From assembly GCF_009914755.1 (NCBI RefSeq), contig NC_060928.1: 64,000 bases of DNA, one strand, 5' to 3'. A program made the translations under genes and the position numbers. Source of the stretch: the human T2T-CHM13v2.0 reference genome, Homo sapiens. Shown here in pieces: positions 25,651 through 40,868 of the stretch (the stretch's first letter is position 1; each line of letters opens with the position of its first letter). Below the pieces are notes generated by a model. It saw only the letters and a list, made by a program, of their open reading frames with translations, did not search any database and had not been told where the DNA came from.

Positions 25651-27149
25651 ATGTCTAGAATAATCCAGGCTGCTAGTAGTCTAAATGGCAACTCTTTCAA
25701 AATCAATGAAGATACCCACTTTCTTCCAGCACAATTAGCCCCACACCATGGCACACAGTTCAGCAAGCACAGAATAGAATGGATTTCAGCCCCCAACTTG
25801 CCCTCTCAAACCAACTTCCCTTGTGCAGTAAACAACCTGCCCAAATATAAGTGGATGACCAGGAGAATGTCATGCATGACCTTGTAGAGCAAAATAACAT
25901 AAAGTGCCTAGGGCTTTGCTTCGCATAACTCTGCGACTCAGGATTGCCTGTAGCCCCTCTACAAAACCAGACCTGGATGTCTCTGTCACTTCCACGTGAG
26001 ATTACTATAACTCAGAAGGGACTCAACTAACAGAGAGATTGACCTGGGTGCATTAGAGTTTACCTAAGCCTTCCTTTAATGGATAGAATCAGTAGCACCT
26101 ATCCTCCATAACTTGGGTACCCCTTGAGCCAATGCAATTAACTCAAAGTCTGTAACTGATATTTATATTTCAGGGACCATGTTCTAGAGTAATTACCTCT
26201 CCTGAGTCTAACCCTCCAAGGTTATTTGAATCCAGCCTGCAAATTCGAATTCTCTCTTCCAATGTAGAGCAATAACATTCTATATCCAGACCCTGAAACC
26301 ACTCCTAGTGTTATTCCTCAGGGTGATATTTTCTCCGGGATCCTCAAGGTAGGGGAAGAGTCATTCTATCTGGGTTGCTGGCTTGGATTTTTCCTTTCAG
26401 TTCTTTTTTTCACTCCCTCTTCAGTCGTGTTTATGAAGCAAATGGCTATATTCAGCAATGGACCCAGCTCCAGTTTAATTTCTATTTAAACTTTGTAAGT
26501 GCATACCAGACACTACACTGAGATGGGCATTCAGAATCCAAATAGAGCAAGTGATATATGGCAGAAGCTAGCAAATCCTCCCTTTTAACTCTGGGGTTGG
26601 TATTTCCCCACAGAACACTGGCAGCTTCACCTCATGTCACCACAGAGGTTTACAAGCTAAGAGCCACAGTGAGGTCTTGTCTTACACAATTTAATTACAT
26701 TCACGAAACAGACAACAGTGCATTTACTGGCCCACCATTAAATATCATCGTAAGTAATTTAAACTCAACTTCACTTGTCCAAATATATGGACAAAATACA
26801 TTCTGCCATCCCAAAGCTTTAATGTTCCCTCTATAACTGTGAATCATCGACAAATCCCAAGTAATTTATTCGCTTTCCAATTGGAAGCATATCTTAACGG
26901 GATAAAAGTCAGAATGTGCAACACTCCTGATAGTAAACTTGTCCACCTGCTATACAACATAAATTAAGAAGCTATACTTTAGTGATTCAATTACACCACC
27001 GAGTAATTGAAAACACACAATTGCAAGGAGTTGAGGTTCTTACGAGAAATATAATGTCTGCATTCCAGATTCCCTAGTATTTGATTTATAATTGGAATAT
27101 TGGCATAATATTCTACATTTGGGAGGAACTGCTCCCTTCTGGATAGTTC

Positions 27150-27530
27150 TAGAATGTGAATATTTAAGGCTACAAAGAACCTTAGAGCTCATATTGCTTA
27201 ATCCCTTGCTTTATGTATGAGGAAATGGAGCCCAAAGATCAGTCAGCTTATAAAATGCAAAGGGAGGTCTCAAAAAGAGGCCTCTGATGCCAAGTGAGAA
27301 CATCTAGGATGATGGTCAAATTCATAATCTCTGGAATTGGACAAAACTCAACCTCAGTGATGCACAAGCTACTTAATCTTTCTATAACCTCATTTCTTCC
27401 TCTATTAAAGAAAGATGGTAATTCCTAAAGCAACTTGCCACAAATGGAGAACAACTCCTAGAGTTGCTTATAGAAGTATGTTCTCCAAAATGCTTAGTGT
27501 TAAGCATACGTAAGCACTCGATAGAAACGT
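27150..27530. mobile_element. Adjacent degenerate MIR fragments (minus then plus)
   Basis: agaaccttagagctcat...tatgaggaaatggagcccaaag; acttaatctttctataacctcattttcttcctctattaaa. Confidence 0.55.
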
Positions 27531-27547
27531 AGCCACAGCCACTGCTG

Positions 27548-27596
27548 CCACCACCACCACCACCATCAACATGATCATCATCACCATCATCATCAT
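27548..27596. repeat. (CCA)n/(CAT)n trinucleotide tract
   Basis: ccaccaccaccaccaccatcaacatgatcatcatcaccatcatcatcat. Confidence 0.85.
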
Positions 27597-28792
27597 GTCC
27601 AGTGTCATTTCACTGTATCATTTCATAGCTTTCATTTAAATGCTATTGACACTCTCAATATCTAACCAACCATTTGGCCACAACATAGCACTGTCACTGT
27701 TCCACAACAGCCAGGATATCTCCACATCCCATCCTGAAGACAGTATACATATACAGTATGCTTCTCCAGTTTGAACAACTGAATTTCTGTCTATTTTGAG
27801 GACAACATGATAACCAACCAATAGACATCCAATACTTGATTCATTTCCTGGGCTACACACTGACTAGGTATCTTTGCATTAGGTACGACATCATCAGATC
27901 AGTTTTCCTATGCTACCTGTTCCAATCCAGCCACATACACACATCTTCCATCTTAGCCCTGTGACTATTTGTAGACTCTGCATTTTAATGTGCAAATATT
28001 TTAAAAAGCACAAATGATTTTTCTCATCACTGACCTCCATTCTGTCTCTTGACAAAGGAAACCATAGCCTCTTTGAAACCCAAAATAAGCAGATGTAATC
28101 AAATGCTAATTTAGCAATAAACAGAAAATTGACTTCAAATCATCTCTCTGTCACTCTAATTGATTAACAGTCACATGAAAATTGATAACATGATTTTCAG
28201 CAAGAGAGCGTGTGGCACAAGCTCTTTGGTTCTATTGGCTTCGGATATTGACTTCCTTCCAAATAAAGCTTTTTAAGAGTACATTAGTGAGTCCACTAAT
28301 AAACTTAAAAAGCAGTCTAATTACAATAATGAACTCTGTACAATGAGTTAATGCAACACCGGAGCTTACAGATCTGAGTCTTTCGCTGAAATAAAAACAA
28401 ACTACAAGTTCTGTTGAATATAGTGCAACCATAGTTTTGTTTCAATAGCAGGGAATAAATTACTATTTTTCCTCCTTGCTTTTCTAACATTTTAGCAAAA
28501 TGTGCTCATATGCTATCTCCTTTCCTTAAACGTTTTCCCAACATCCATATTAATTATCTTAACATGAAATTCATTTTAAGCTGCTGATTCTCTCATGTTC
28601 ACCGGGCTCAATTAGAAACCATCCTTTAGAAGTAGAAGACTGAAAACATGCAAATAGAAAAAGCTGCATTAGTCTAGGATGTGACTATTTCTAAACTGCT
28701 CAAGTTATTATAGGAGAACTTGGCTACAGTTCATCTTGGCAGTGGGAGAACCGACATTGGGATTATAATGAAACATGCTAGCTAGGTTTCCC

Positions 28793-29281
28793 TGTGCAGG
28801 GAATTCTCTATTTGCTCTTCCAGATCTATGCTTCACCCTTCTCTATTGCCTGTGCCTGGGAGACTGACCTTTAAAGATTGTGTCAATGGGCTTTCTTGCC
28901 TTCCACATCTGATTAGGTTGAGATATTGGAAGGCACTAACAATAGAGCCAAGGTCAAGAGGAAAATGAAGTGGGACGTTTTCCCTCCAACTCCTCCCTGC
29001 TGGGCACAGTTTAGAAAGGGCTGCATTTCTCCACCAAAGGCTACACTCCTGAAGTATTCCCTCTCTAACAGTGATAGCTTTCCCTCTCTTGAGTTCTGGA
29101 ACTAGCTCCCTCCGTGGCATCTTCAGGTCCAGGTGGTCCTGGCCTCCCACTGTTGCTAGCCCTAGGGGAGTCATCACCTGCTGATTTCTTTAACCCTTCC
29201 CATATCTCGAAAATAGTCTCTTTATTAAACTCTAACCCCATTTGTATGTGCCATCTGCTACCTGCCAGAATCCTACAGATA
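28793..29281 (+). mobile_element. ERVL solo LTR, LTR41/LTR40-like
   Basis: ctctatttgctcttccagatc...gggagactgacct...cttcaggtccaggtgg...ctgttgctagccc...aaatagtctctttattaaactct...gtgccatctgctacctgcc. Confidence 0.8.
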
Positions 29282-29300
29282 TGTCTACCTTCTATTAACC

Positions 29301-29481
29301 CAGTGGTTCTTTGCCTGTTGAGGGTTACACACCCCTTTGAAAGCCTAAATGAAAAGAGTATATAGAGAAAATTCTCTGCAGAAAATGCACATAGTCACAA
29401 ACATGAACTTTTTGATACAATGTCAAAGATTCGACACACACCCATGAAGCACATACATGGATCCCAAAGTATGAATCCTAC
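29301..29481 (+). mobile_element. MER117-like hAT-Charlie DNA transposon
   Basis: cagtggttct...acccctttga...cagaaaatgcacata...catgaagcacatacatggatcccaaagtatgaatcct. Confidence 0.75.
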
Positions 29482-30904
29482 TATGGAAAAGTGATTTTTA
29501 AGAAAACAGTTTTTATTTTCAGGAGTGAATTATATGGGTAACAAGTTGTTCTTTAAAGAGTCCTACTTTCAGGTGTCAGATTGTGAGATATGAGGTTATC
29601 AGAAGGCATCCCACCAAAAAAAAAAAGAAAGAAAAGAAAGAAATCTCTGAATAATCAACCTAAAAATATGACTGTATATGGAATCTTTAATTTTACTTCT
29701 TTCCGTATTTCTCATATTATGTATTTATCACATATACACTCAGAATGTGTTTTCCACCAGTCATGGTTTTACCTCCTTGTAAAGTTTATTATTAATCATT
29801 TCAAGTGCCATCTGGACAACTGATAAGTAAATGTCTTCAAAAATCTCTGAAAGAGATTTCTTAAAGTTCTACTGTCTACCAGCCCCGCTCAGCATTCCCA
29901 TGCCTGATCTCCAAGGATGCCAATATGTATTCAGCTGTTTTTTATTAACACTGGTGGTTTCATAATATTAAAAAATGTATACACCAAGTCACCCCAATAG
30001 AAAACAGGCATGGATTGTGATGCAACACAAATTCCACTTCAAATAGTCATCCTCTCTGCCTAAATGCCTTCTCTGTAGTCCAGAATGAGCATCTTTCTAT
30101 AGATGAAAGAAAGCAAGCAAGCTGAAGTCCAACACTCCAGTGAGCTTGAATCTCTTGAGGTCTCTATCAGTGGCTATTAAAATTTAAAGTGTACTGCATA
30201 ATCCTTGATTCCTGAAAACACATGCTACTTATATTCCTTAAGCCACTGACAGCTTAAGCTATTCTGTGTGGGAACACAGAGGGGAACAAAGGAGCCAATG
30301 CAATAGATACCGGACCACATAAATGTCAACTGAAGACCATGTGAATAAAAACCTTAGGTGATGTCTGCTTTCTCATGTCAGTCATCTTAATGACCCAGTA
30401 GTTAAAAGTCACTTTTTAAAATATATACACTTGTTTAAATATCATGATATAGTGTATATAAATGCATATGTGCCCTATGGGTATATAAATTATTCTCTTT
30501 TTTAGGCCAAAAAATAAGATTGGTATAAAAGATTCTTAATTTTGAAGAATGCATAGATACATAAACTGCATCATTCACATAGAGTATTAGTAGTGAAGCA
30601 TCTCTCTTTATTATCTGACATTATTTTCTTTGTTAACAAAGATCTCCTTGATTGTTTTGGTGACTCTCATTAACAGCAGTAATCAGCAATACCAAGAGAG
30701 TGCCTCAAAATTTGGTTTTTCTTTCTCATGATGACCTAATCTGTCAGGAAGCTACCAATTTTGTAGGCAGCTATTTGGGATCAGAAAACTGGGGTGCCTT
30801 TCCTTCTTCCTTTCCCCACACAGGTCCTCTCCTATGGAATCAGGAGATGACTTTTGTTTAATCTTGAAAGAATAAGTGGGCAGCTAAATTCAGAAGCCCA
30901 AAGA

Positions 30905-31330
30905 AGGGTTCCCTCCTTGCTGTCTCCAGCTCACCTATGTCCCCTACCCCGACGCCATCCAATACACTGCTGCCAAATTAATCTTACTAAAAGCACAGTC
31001 CTGATCATCCCCCTTCCAACCCAACTTGTTCAAACTCTTCGAGTGCTCTTCATGCCCTACTGAAAGAAGAAATTGTTTGAACTCTACAGCCTGAGACTCA
31101 AAACCCTTATTAGTCTGGCACCGGCTTTACTGTAACTTCATTTTTTCTACTCCGTGTTACTGTGGGTTCCAGGTGAATTACATCCTCATTCCCTGGAGGA
31201 TCATATTCATTATAAACACCCCTTTTCTCATCTTTTCCCTCTACCAATACAGAATGCCTTTCCTTGGGCAGTTTAAATGTTACCTCATCGATCGCATGTT
31301 ATGATATCTTTTCTATACCTTTCTACCCAC
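30905..31330 (+). mobile_element. L2 fragment
   Basis: acactgctgccaaattaatcttactaaaagcacagtcctgatcat...caaactcttcgagtgctcttcatgccct...tcaaaacccttattagtctggc. Confidence 0.7.
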
Positions 31331-33071
31331 TGCTCTCCAGTCCAACCCCAGTAATTTATCTGGTAATAGTTTATCTATTTGTAAACTATTAGATTCATTT
31401 TACCTAGTTGTAAAATGGGGTAAATAATGTTAGGTAACTAAGAGGATTGTATATACAACATACTTAAAACATAGCTATGGTATTTGTGGTAGTTGTTGCT
31501 TTTATCTTAAACGGGTTACTATATAGCAAGAAACTTGAAAATTGAATAGAATTTTGTTTATTTTTTTTGTCCTCCACTGCCCCTACCTGCCACAATATAA
31601 ATAACTTGGAAAGACATGGAGGAAGGACATTTGAAAGAAACCACCTGTCCTCAATTCTGAGGTTAAGAAAGAGCCAGTGGTTTTGGCTTCTGAGTATATC
31701 ATCCATGTAGATCAATGTGGCCTGGAAATGCCATATGTGTACGCTGGCTTTCACTTAACAAAGAGCGTCAAATTGGGTCACTACACTACCACTAATTGCA
31801 TTCTAAGAGATGTCAACCGTAACGCCTAGGCTGAAGCTCCTTCAAGAAGATGGCAGTTGAGTCTAAACAAGAACCCCTGCTGCCTTTACCAAAGGAACTG
31901 AGTCTGGCTTTTCCACAGCCTCCTTTTCAGCTTTCCTGAGCATTCACTTACATAAAAAGCAAATGAGACGCCACTTTGTCATCCTGGTCACAGTTTCTCA
32001 CAAATCCTTCGTCTTTTAAAAGACCTTGAGGGTCCGATTCTAATCTGAGTTGTACCATAATGAGTCTCTTAAAAGAACCGTTCTGATGCCTGCAAGCACA
32101 GCAAAAGTATTAGGAAATACAGCATCATTAGTCAAAATCATGGCGGATTCACGGATTCACAGAAGCCTCTGTAGGGTCAGAGCAGCCATTTTGGAAGTGT
32201 TTGAGGAAAGAATGCATGCTTCCTAACTACCCACCAGCATTAACGGGTTTCATTCTGCCAAAAGATGGCGTCTTTAATCCCAGGTTTGGCATGAAAAATG
32301 TGGGCTTAGGCATATTGAACTGCTCTGCGATATTTCAGACATCATATACATTCAGCTTGCAGAACTTCTGAGCCATAAGAGCACTGGGTGCATCTCAAAA
32401 TGGCATGTGGTGACAGAGAGTTCCACCAGAGCACAGGGCACCCAGTTAATTGGCAAGGCTGGTCACTGGGAAGCACACTGCACCCTCCAGCAGCTGGCAG
32501 GCCACTTAGGCAACACCCAAAGAAACATTTTAAGTGGGCAACAGTCCTTAAACCTCCTTGCACACAGCTCACATGACAACTCAGAAAAACTCCTTATTTG
32601 CACTTGTCTTGCACTTCTGGGCGGTGCTCAGAGAGAAAGAAAGGTGAGCCTTTCCACCCAGGCAAGTATTTTAAGCCCTACTGAGCACAGAAGCTCTTGG
32701 GGGAACTACCCACAGCCAGCAGGGTCACTGCTTCCTAATTTCCCTGGGTGGTACATGATGACTCAGCAAGAGCCTACATCCTAATTCTTACACAGAAGAG
32801 ATCATTCTAGCTCCAGGAATGTGTGCAGGTGCCAGAGGCCCTCAATATCACTCACTGCTATGTCAACTGGTGCAAGTTTCTTAATTCATCAAGCCTTTGT
32901 TTCTTCTCTACTGTGGAAATGTGATATGAGAATAAGTATAAAATAGTTTTATAATATTGTAATATAAATATATTTTTAAAATCAGTGATTAGTTTAGATG
33001 CTGAGCAAAGATACACCACCCTATCTCTGCCAGAACACTTCTTGTGTTTGGTACTGTCACATAAAACACAG

Positions 33072-33515
33072 AATTAGGTCCCTAGGGGCGCTATTACAAA
33101 GTACCGTAAACTGAGTGGCTTAAAGCAACATTTATTCTTTCACAGTTATAGAGGCTAAAAGTCCAAAATCAAGGTGTCAGGGCCATGCTCTCTCTTAAGA
33201 CTCCAGGGGAGAAATCCTCTATGGCCTCTTCTAGCTTCTGGTGGTTGCCAGGAATCCTTGGTGCGCTACTTGGCTTGTAGATACATCACTTCAATCTCTG
33301 CCTCTGTCTTCACATGGACTTCTCCTCCGTGTGTCTGTCTTCAAATTTCTCTCTTCTTATACAGACACCAGTAATTGGATTAGGACCTGCACTAATCCAG
33401 TATGACCTTACTCTAATTTGATTAACTATGAAAAGACTAAAAGACTATTTCCAAATAAAGTCACATTCACAGGTACTGAGAGTTAAAGCTTCATCACATA
33501 ATTCAACCCATAATA
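33072..33515 (-). mobile_element. MLT1B/C-like solo LTR
   Basis: acaaagtaccgtaaactgagtggcttaaagcaac...gtccaaaatcaaggtgtcagggccatgctc...atttccaaataaagtcacattcacaggtact. Confidence 0.92.
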
Positions 33516-33959
33516 AATACATTAGGCCTTTCCTGACCTCACAGTCTAAAATCAATATAACTACCAAAAACGGGCTACATCACATAGCCCAATCAACCAA
33601 AAGACCCCAAATACTTAGCAACAGTCACCAAGCCATGATATTATTTGTTTCTGGTGATGATGGCCACAGTTTAGTTCAGGTGCCAAACACAATTCCTACC
33701 ACATACTAAGACTTCAATAAATGTCAAATGAACAAATATTGTGAGTACATGAACATGGACTATGTGGTACAGAAGATATAGAGTAACAATGTACCCTGAA
33801 CATCCTAAAATAATCCTGATTATAAATATGCCAGCCCTACAACTTTATTTGAGCATGTCAGAACATATGTCCCTATAATGGTTTGGAAAGCAGGCTCACT
33901 AAAAGGAGTCAGGAAAACAAAAAAGCAATAAGGTTGTTTTGTTCATCAAGCACATTATT

Positions 33960-35116
33960 TCCCCCTCACAAGTTTCTTCTCTTCCTAGGTTTCCTCTCTT
34001 AGGAAATAATAGTCAGTAGTTGTTGAACCTTCTCTGTTGATTCCTGTCCTCTCCACTCCCATCCAGTCATTTGCAACCCTCTCCAAACTCTTCCATCTCT
34101 CTCAAAGGAGCCCCTTCTTCCCCACTCCCACTACCACTTCTTTGGTTCAGGCCCTCTTTGTATCATAAATGAGTCACTTTGTTAACTTGAATTTGGGGAC
34201 CCTTCCATCCTTCTTCTACCAGACTGATTTTTTGCAATGCAAACTCGACCACTGACTAGCTTAAATTGCTTCAGTGACTGTCCTTTGTGCTCAGGATAAA
34301 ATCTAAGATCTTTAGTATGTCCTGTGTGGCATGTGCTGTTGGCTATGTGTTCATCAAAACTCATTTCTTCTTCTCCTGGGCACACAGCTGGAGTTCACTG
34401 ACTAGCCTTCATTGCAGTTAAGTATGACCATGTGAGTGGGTTTCTTCTAGTCAATGGAATCTGAACGATAATGACACGCACTATTTCCAACATGTTTCAC
34501 AAAAATCTCTCATGCTGCCTCTCAAGCCGTGTCTGTCCCCATATCTGCCACTTGATGCAAAGGTCCACCATAGAGTTCTGGGGCCCTAGCAAATGGCGGG
34601 CCCACGAGATGGAAGAACCTGAGTTCCTGGATTGATATTGAAGACTACCTGCTACATGAATGAGAAATTCACTCCTGTTGTGTTAAGATGCTGGCCGGTG
34701 GTGGTTGTTGATCACAGCTGCAAGCCCACTCTGACTGACAAACCATTGAAGACTCTGTTTTCTGGCTGCTACTTACCTCTCCTATTCCATCATTCATTCA
34801 TTATCCCTTTCCATCTTGTACCATTTTTTGACTCAATGAGTGACTAGTTTCCCAAACTCAATCGTTCCTCCTGGACTTTGGTCCCGTCAGAGTGATGCTC
34901 TCTCTACTCGAAATAGTTTACTGTCCCTATTTGCCTGATTTATTTTTCTTTATCAGACTTATCACTGCTTGACATATTATGTATTTATTTGTTTATTCTC
35001 ATTGCCACTAGAAATTAAACTCCTTGATTAGGACCTTCAATCTCTTTACTACTATATCCCTGGCATTTTGATTAACCTGGTCTGAAGTAGCCCTTAAATA
35101 TTTCTGGAATAAATGA
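33960..35116 (+). mobile_element. L2 fragment split by an MLT1 LTR
   Basis: cactaccacttctttggttcaggccc...cttaaattgcttcagtgactgtcc...ctcaggataaaatctaagatctttag, resuming after 34745 to ccactagaaattaaactccttga...aaatatttctggaataaatga. Confidence 0.7.
34323..34742 (+). mobile_element. MLT1H/I/J-like solo LTR
   Basis: ttcttctcctgggcacacagct...ttgcagttaagtatgaccatgtgag...caatggaat...agatggaagaacctgagttcctg...tgagaaat...tgttaag. Confidence 0.8.
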
Positions 35117-35137
35117 CAATTCATAATTTCAGAGATA

Positions 35138-35326
35138 ATGTGCCTGGCACTGTGCTAAGTGCTTTACATATATCTATTTGAATCTTCACAAGAACCCTAT
35201 AAGGTAGCACCATTCTTGACCCTCATTTTACATAAAGGAAACTAAGGCTTAGAGAGGTTAAGTTCCTTGCCAGGTCACACAGCTAGTGTGTAAAGTGAGG
35301 CAGGATTGGAACCCGGGCAGACAGAC
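35138..35326 (-). mobile_element. MIR SINE (well preserved)
   Basis: gtgcctggcactgtgctaagtgctttacat...ggaaactaaggcttagagaggttaagttccttgccaggtcacacagctagt. Confidence 0.92.
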
Positions 35327-36817
35327 ACATACAAACCCCTTGCATTTACCCAATTGTTCACGAAGCAATAAATGCTTAGTAACGAGTCCTTCTCAGCCAA
35401 CAGCAGAAAAGTATCCAGGATCTGAGAACCACCAAGCAAGTAAACCAGGCCTATCTCAGGCCATAGTGAAGCCTAAGACACCATCCAGAAATCCTATTCA
35501 TGAACCTACACAGGGAAGCTATACAATCGTCCATGCTTAATGCCACTCTTAATCTTACAGAGCAGGAAGTTAATAATATCATTCCTTGAAGGTAACATAA
35601 ACACTTAAAATGTTTTCTTTCTAACTCTTTACACTTCACTTCCTGCCTTTTCTGGTTCAGCACCATTGAACTTAGTGGGTAAATGGGCAAATATATATCT
35701 CCAGACTATACTAAGCATGTCTTTTGATGTGCCCAAGTTCCAAAATGAATGTCACTCATGTTACAACCTCTCAGGTGCTTAGAAGTATTAGCAATTTCCC
35801 TTTTCCTTTGCTATTTTCTTCTCTAGGCTATCTATGCTATATTACTTCAATCTCTCTTTGTACAGTAAGTCATGCCCTCTAATCCATTTATCTTTTTCGT
35901 CACCCTTGCTGTGCAGTCTTTCCTTTTTTATCTTTTTCTTAAAAGCAAGATGGTGCTCTAATAAACACACATATACACAGGCACACACTCCACAATTTCA
36001 GGCATTACAGGATGACTCTTCTATCAGGATCCTCTCCTGACAACAGTTGACATTTTTTGGCCTCTATCCTCCGCAGCTCCACTCTTTTGTCAATACTTTA
36101 CTTCTCTTTCTCATTTTTGCTCAATTTTCTTCAATGGTCACAATGAATTTTTGATCTTCTATGATATATATGAGAGCATTTCTTTAGTAAACACAGTTTA
36201 TGGCCCATTTTCTTAAAACTCAGGAATTCTCAAGAATGATGAATGTAAGAAACTATAAATCATCCCTGGCAAGACCCTATGAAATCAGGCTTCAGACAGG
36301 ATTCAAGCCAGTCTTGCCAATATTGATGAAATGCATCTTATCCCAAATAGTTCCTGTGAGAATCATGTCTCAACTGTCTCTACCCAACCTGAGCCTATGG
36401 ACTTTACGAAGAAGGTAAAATTTTGCTTAGCTATTCTTATGCCTTTTTATAATTTCTGTCAAGCTTTCCACAGACCTGATTTTCCTGAACCCTCACTTGC
36501 CCACATCCAAGCTTAGACACAAACCTCTTTCCAACTATTAGTCAACTAATTTGATACACTAATTCCAACTAATGGAAATTAAAGAAATATTTTCCTATCC
36601 TTAGTCAACATATGGCATTTCTGCACCTCAGTTTCTTTACATGTAAAATGAAGATTATATTCTACTTTGCACATGTCTTTACATAGGGAACTCTCAATTA
36701 TCCATATGCTTATTATGAGAACAACACATTCATTTTTACAGCCTCTTCCCTTAACTCCTCCACCCCAAGAAAAACTCTGGTATTTATATGTTCTCCTCCT
36801 CTGAGCTCCTGGGCCAT

Positions 36818-36983
36818 TATACACACATACATGTGTGTGCGTATGTGTGTGTGTGAGTGTGTGTAAGAGGGAGAAAGAGAGAGACTGTCTCTCTCTATAT
36901 ATACACACATATATATAAATATATATACACATATATGTATATAAATACATATATATACACATATATATGTGTGTATATATATA

Positions 36984-37028
<45 letters not shown>

Positions 37029-37042
37029 ATATATATATATAT
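36818..37042. repeat. Compound (TG)/(GA)/(TA)/(CA) microsatellite
   Basis: about 225 bp of dinucleotide repeats seen directly. Confidence 0.95.
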
Positions 37043-37885
37043 GAATAATCAGGGAAGTAGAGAACCTGAGAAGGACCAAGGACAGATGATTTATTCTGAA
37101 AAAGTTAAAAAAATAGTAAGTTCAGGAATAGAATGGAGGGATAAGTCAATACACTCCTGGGGTGAATTGGGTGAAATTTGTCGGGGAAAACGGGAAGAGA
37201 GTGAATCTTAAAGGGCATGGAAATTGTCCATCTGAAAGACAAGGTGAGAATAGAGGAAAGAAGTTGTATTACACATGCTTTACTTCCTGGGCCTTTGTGG
37301 GAGAGATAATAATGAAAACAAATTAATATCAATGACTATTTTCCTTTAACTTTGCTCCTTGCCTCATGGAGCCATGAGGGGTTTGAGCTCTGTAAAAGTC
37401 ATATGTAGATTATTCCCTTTTTCATTATCTAAGACCATGGCTGATTTCACCTCCCCAAATTCAGAACAGCCCACTTTAAGCTCTGCGTGCCCTTTTGAGA
37501 CACTGCCTTCCAACTCTAGTCAGTGCCACCTAGGAATTCCAGCATGACATTACCAAATATAGTCAGGTGTATTCTCTTGCTGAGAAGGGGAAAAGCACAG
37601 AAGCACTTGAGAAACAAAGCAATAGTTTCAAGATTATCCACAAATTTGATGTATCTGTATTCTTCATCAGTGTGCTTAATCAAGGAGTGACAGTGTAAAG
37701 AATTACATATTTCCATGGTTTCTAATGTTCATTCTGTGATTTTCTGAAGATTTTTTTGTGAATTATTTTATGAATCATTTCCTGTTGGCTTTTTAAGAAC
37801 ACTTGAAATTGATAATATGATTTTGCTGACTTATACGGCTAGAGTTTAGTGGCTAGAGTATTCCTTTATTTAGTCCCTTAGGTGA

Positions 37886-38189
<304 letters not shown>

Positions 38190-38600
38190 TTTTATGTGAC
38201 TTTCTAACTCTCCCACTAAAAACTTCCTGCCTTGGCTCCTCTAAGCTCCTCCTGTCTGTAATTTACTTAAAGAGACAGATCAAGTGATTGCTAGTTAATT
38301 CTCTCACATCAGAGTTCCCTAGTCTGGCTTCCTTCTTCACATGAAGTGGCCAATCTGACCCCTCATTCTCACTTACTTTCCAATTCTGTTGCTTCAAGGA
38401 AATATTTTTGTTGTGGTTGTTCTTCAGTACTGTGGAATCTATTTCTACAAAATGCAGACTGGCCAAGGCAAATCTGATCCTTAATTACTCATTGAATTGA
38501 CAACTAGTTTATTTCAAAAGCAATTTTATCAGCCTTGCTACGAAATCCAATCAACATTTTATTTAGAACCTAACCTTCCCAAGGCCTAAAGAAAGGTCTG

Positions 38601-38926
<326 letters not shown>

Positions 38927-39089
38927 TCATGCAAATATTTTATTGCATGGGAACCATACTGACAAATGGGAACATGATGAAAGGCATGGCTCTTGCCCCC
39001 TGGAAAAAGGGATTTCAGAGGAAATATCTTTATATTTGAGAGAAATGAAACACATTTTAAAAAAGCTATATTCTATCATAAGTGATATC

Positions 39090-39320
39090 AATAATGATAG
39101 TTATTTATTGTTCAGTTACTCTATGTAGTCTCTCTTTACACTAAAGGCTTTATCTTCATTCTCTATCTTAACACTCACAGTAGCCCTATGAGTTAAGTGC
39201 TATTTATACCCATTTTACAGATAAGAGGGTAGAAGCTTAAAAAGATTAAGGCACTAGCCTCAAATCACATAGCCCACAAGTGGAAGTGCTGGGATTCGCA
39301 TCCACATTATCTGCTTTCTT
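39090..39320 (-). mobile_element. MIR SINE
   Basis: ctcacagtagccctatgagttaagtgctatttatacccattttacagataagagg. Confidence 0.8.
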
Positions 39321-40023
39321 AAATTTGTCACTGAAAATGTAGAAGAACTGGCATGAGAGTGTCTGGCAGGCATGTAAGTAAGTGTCCGGCATGCATGTTC
39401 AGTGCCTGGATAACTGCTGGTAGGAAGAGGGGCTGGGAAGAAATTAGTGTGGCTTAAATAACAAGTTTGAGTCAAGGAGCAATGAAAGCTAAAAATGAAT
39501 AGACAAGCCAAGGTCATTCTGGGAGGTGTGATTATGGAGTGAGCAGAGAGAATAGGCACCGAGGCATTGAGCATGGAAGAAACTTGGTAAATGTGTCAAC
39601 TTGGGACAGTTATTCTCAGCAGTGATTTGCACAAAAAAAAAAAAAACTAAAAAGTAAGGGCCTCAAAATCAATTAAAAGAGAATAACTACTCCAGGGTTG
39701 GGATAATAATGAATTGAATGAAGATAAAGGGTAAGGGCATCAAAAAGAAAAAAGGCAATGGGAAACATTTGAATATTGGACGTATTTGGAGAGTATAAAC
39801 AATGATTCTGAGGTTCTGAGGCTGGCGACCACTACTGCTATTATTGAAAATCATATAAGGGAGGAAAATGTGTCAGTTTGAGCTTGACAAAGCAGTTGCT
39901 ATGTAGTAGGCATTCAGATGTTCTCACAATGAATACACGTAAGAATGAATAAATGAATGAGTGAAGGAAGTGTTTAGAAAAGCTGAACTTGATGGGGATG
40001 ACATGGCCTCTTAAGTAGAATCA

Positions 40024-40383
<360 letters not shown>

Positions 40384-40511
40384 TCATTTTATTTTCATTT
40401 GCTCCTATGTGGTCAAGCACACTGATTGTCCTTCTTTTCTCCCTGTCTTCTTTAAATCTCTTCCTCTGAGTTATTTTAGCTAATGTGGTAAATAAACATT
40501 TTGATTTATAG

Positions 40512-40868
<357 letters not shown>

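Noticed and set aside
36579-37211. Overlapping ORFs rich in Y/I/H/T/C/V
   Set aside because: Translation artefacts of the dinucleotide microsatellite.
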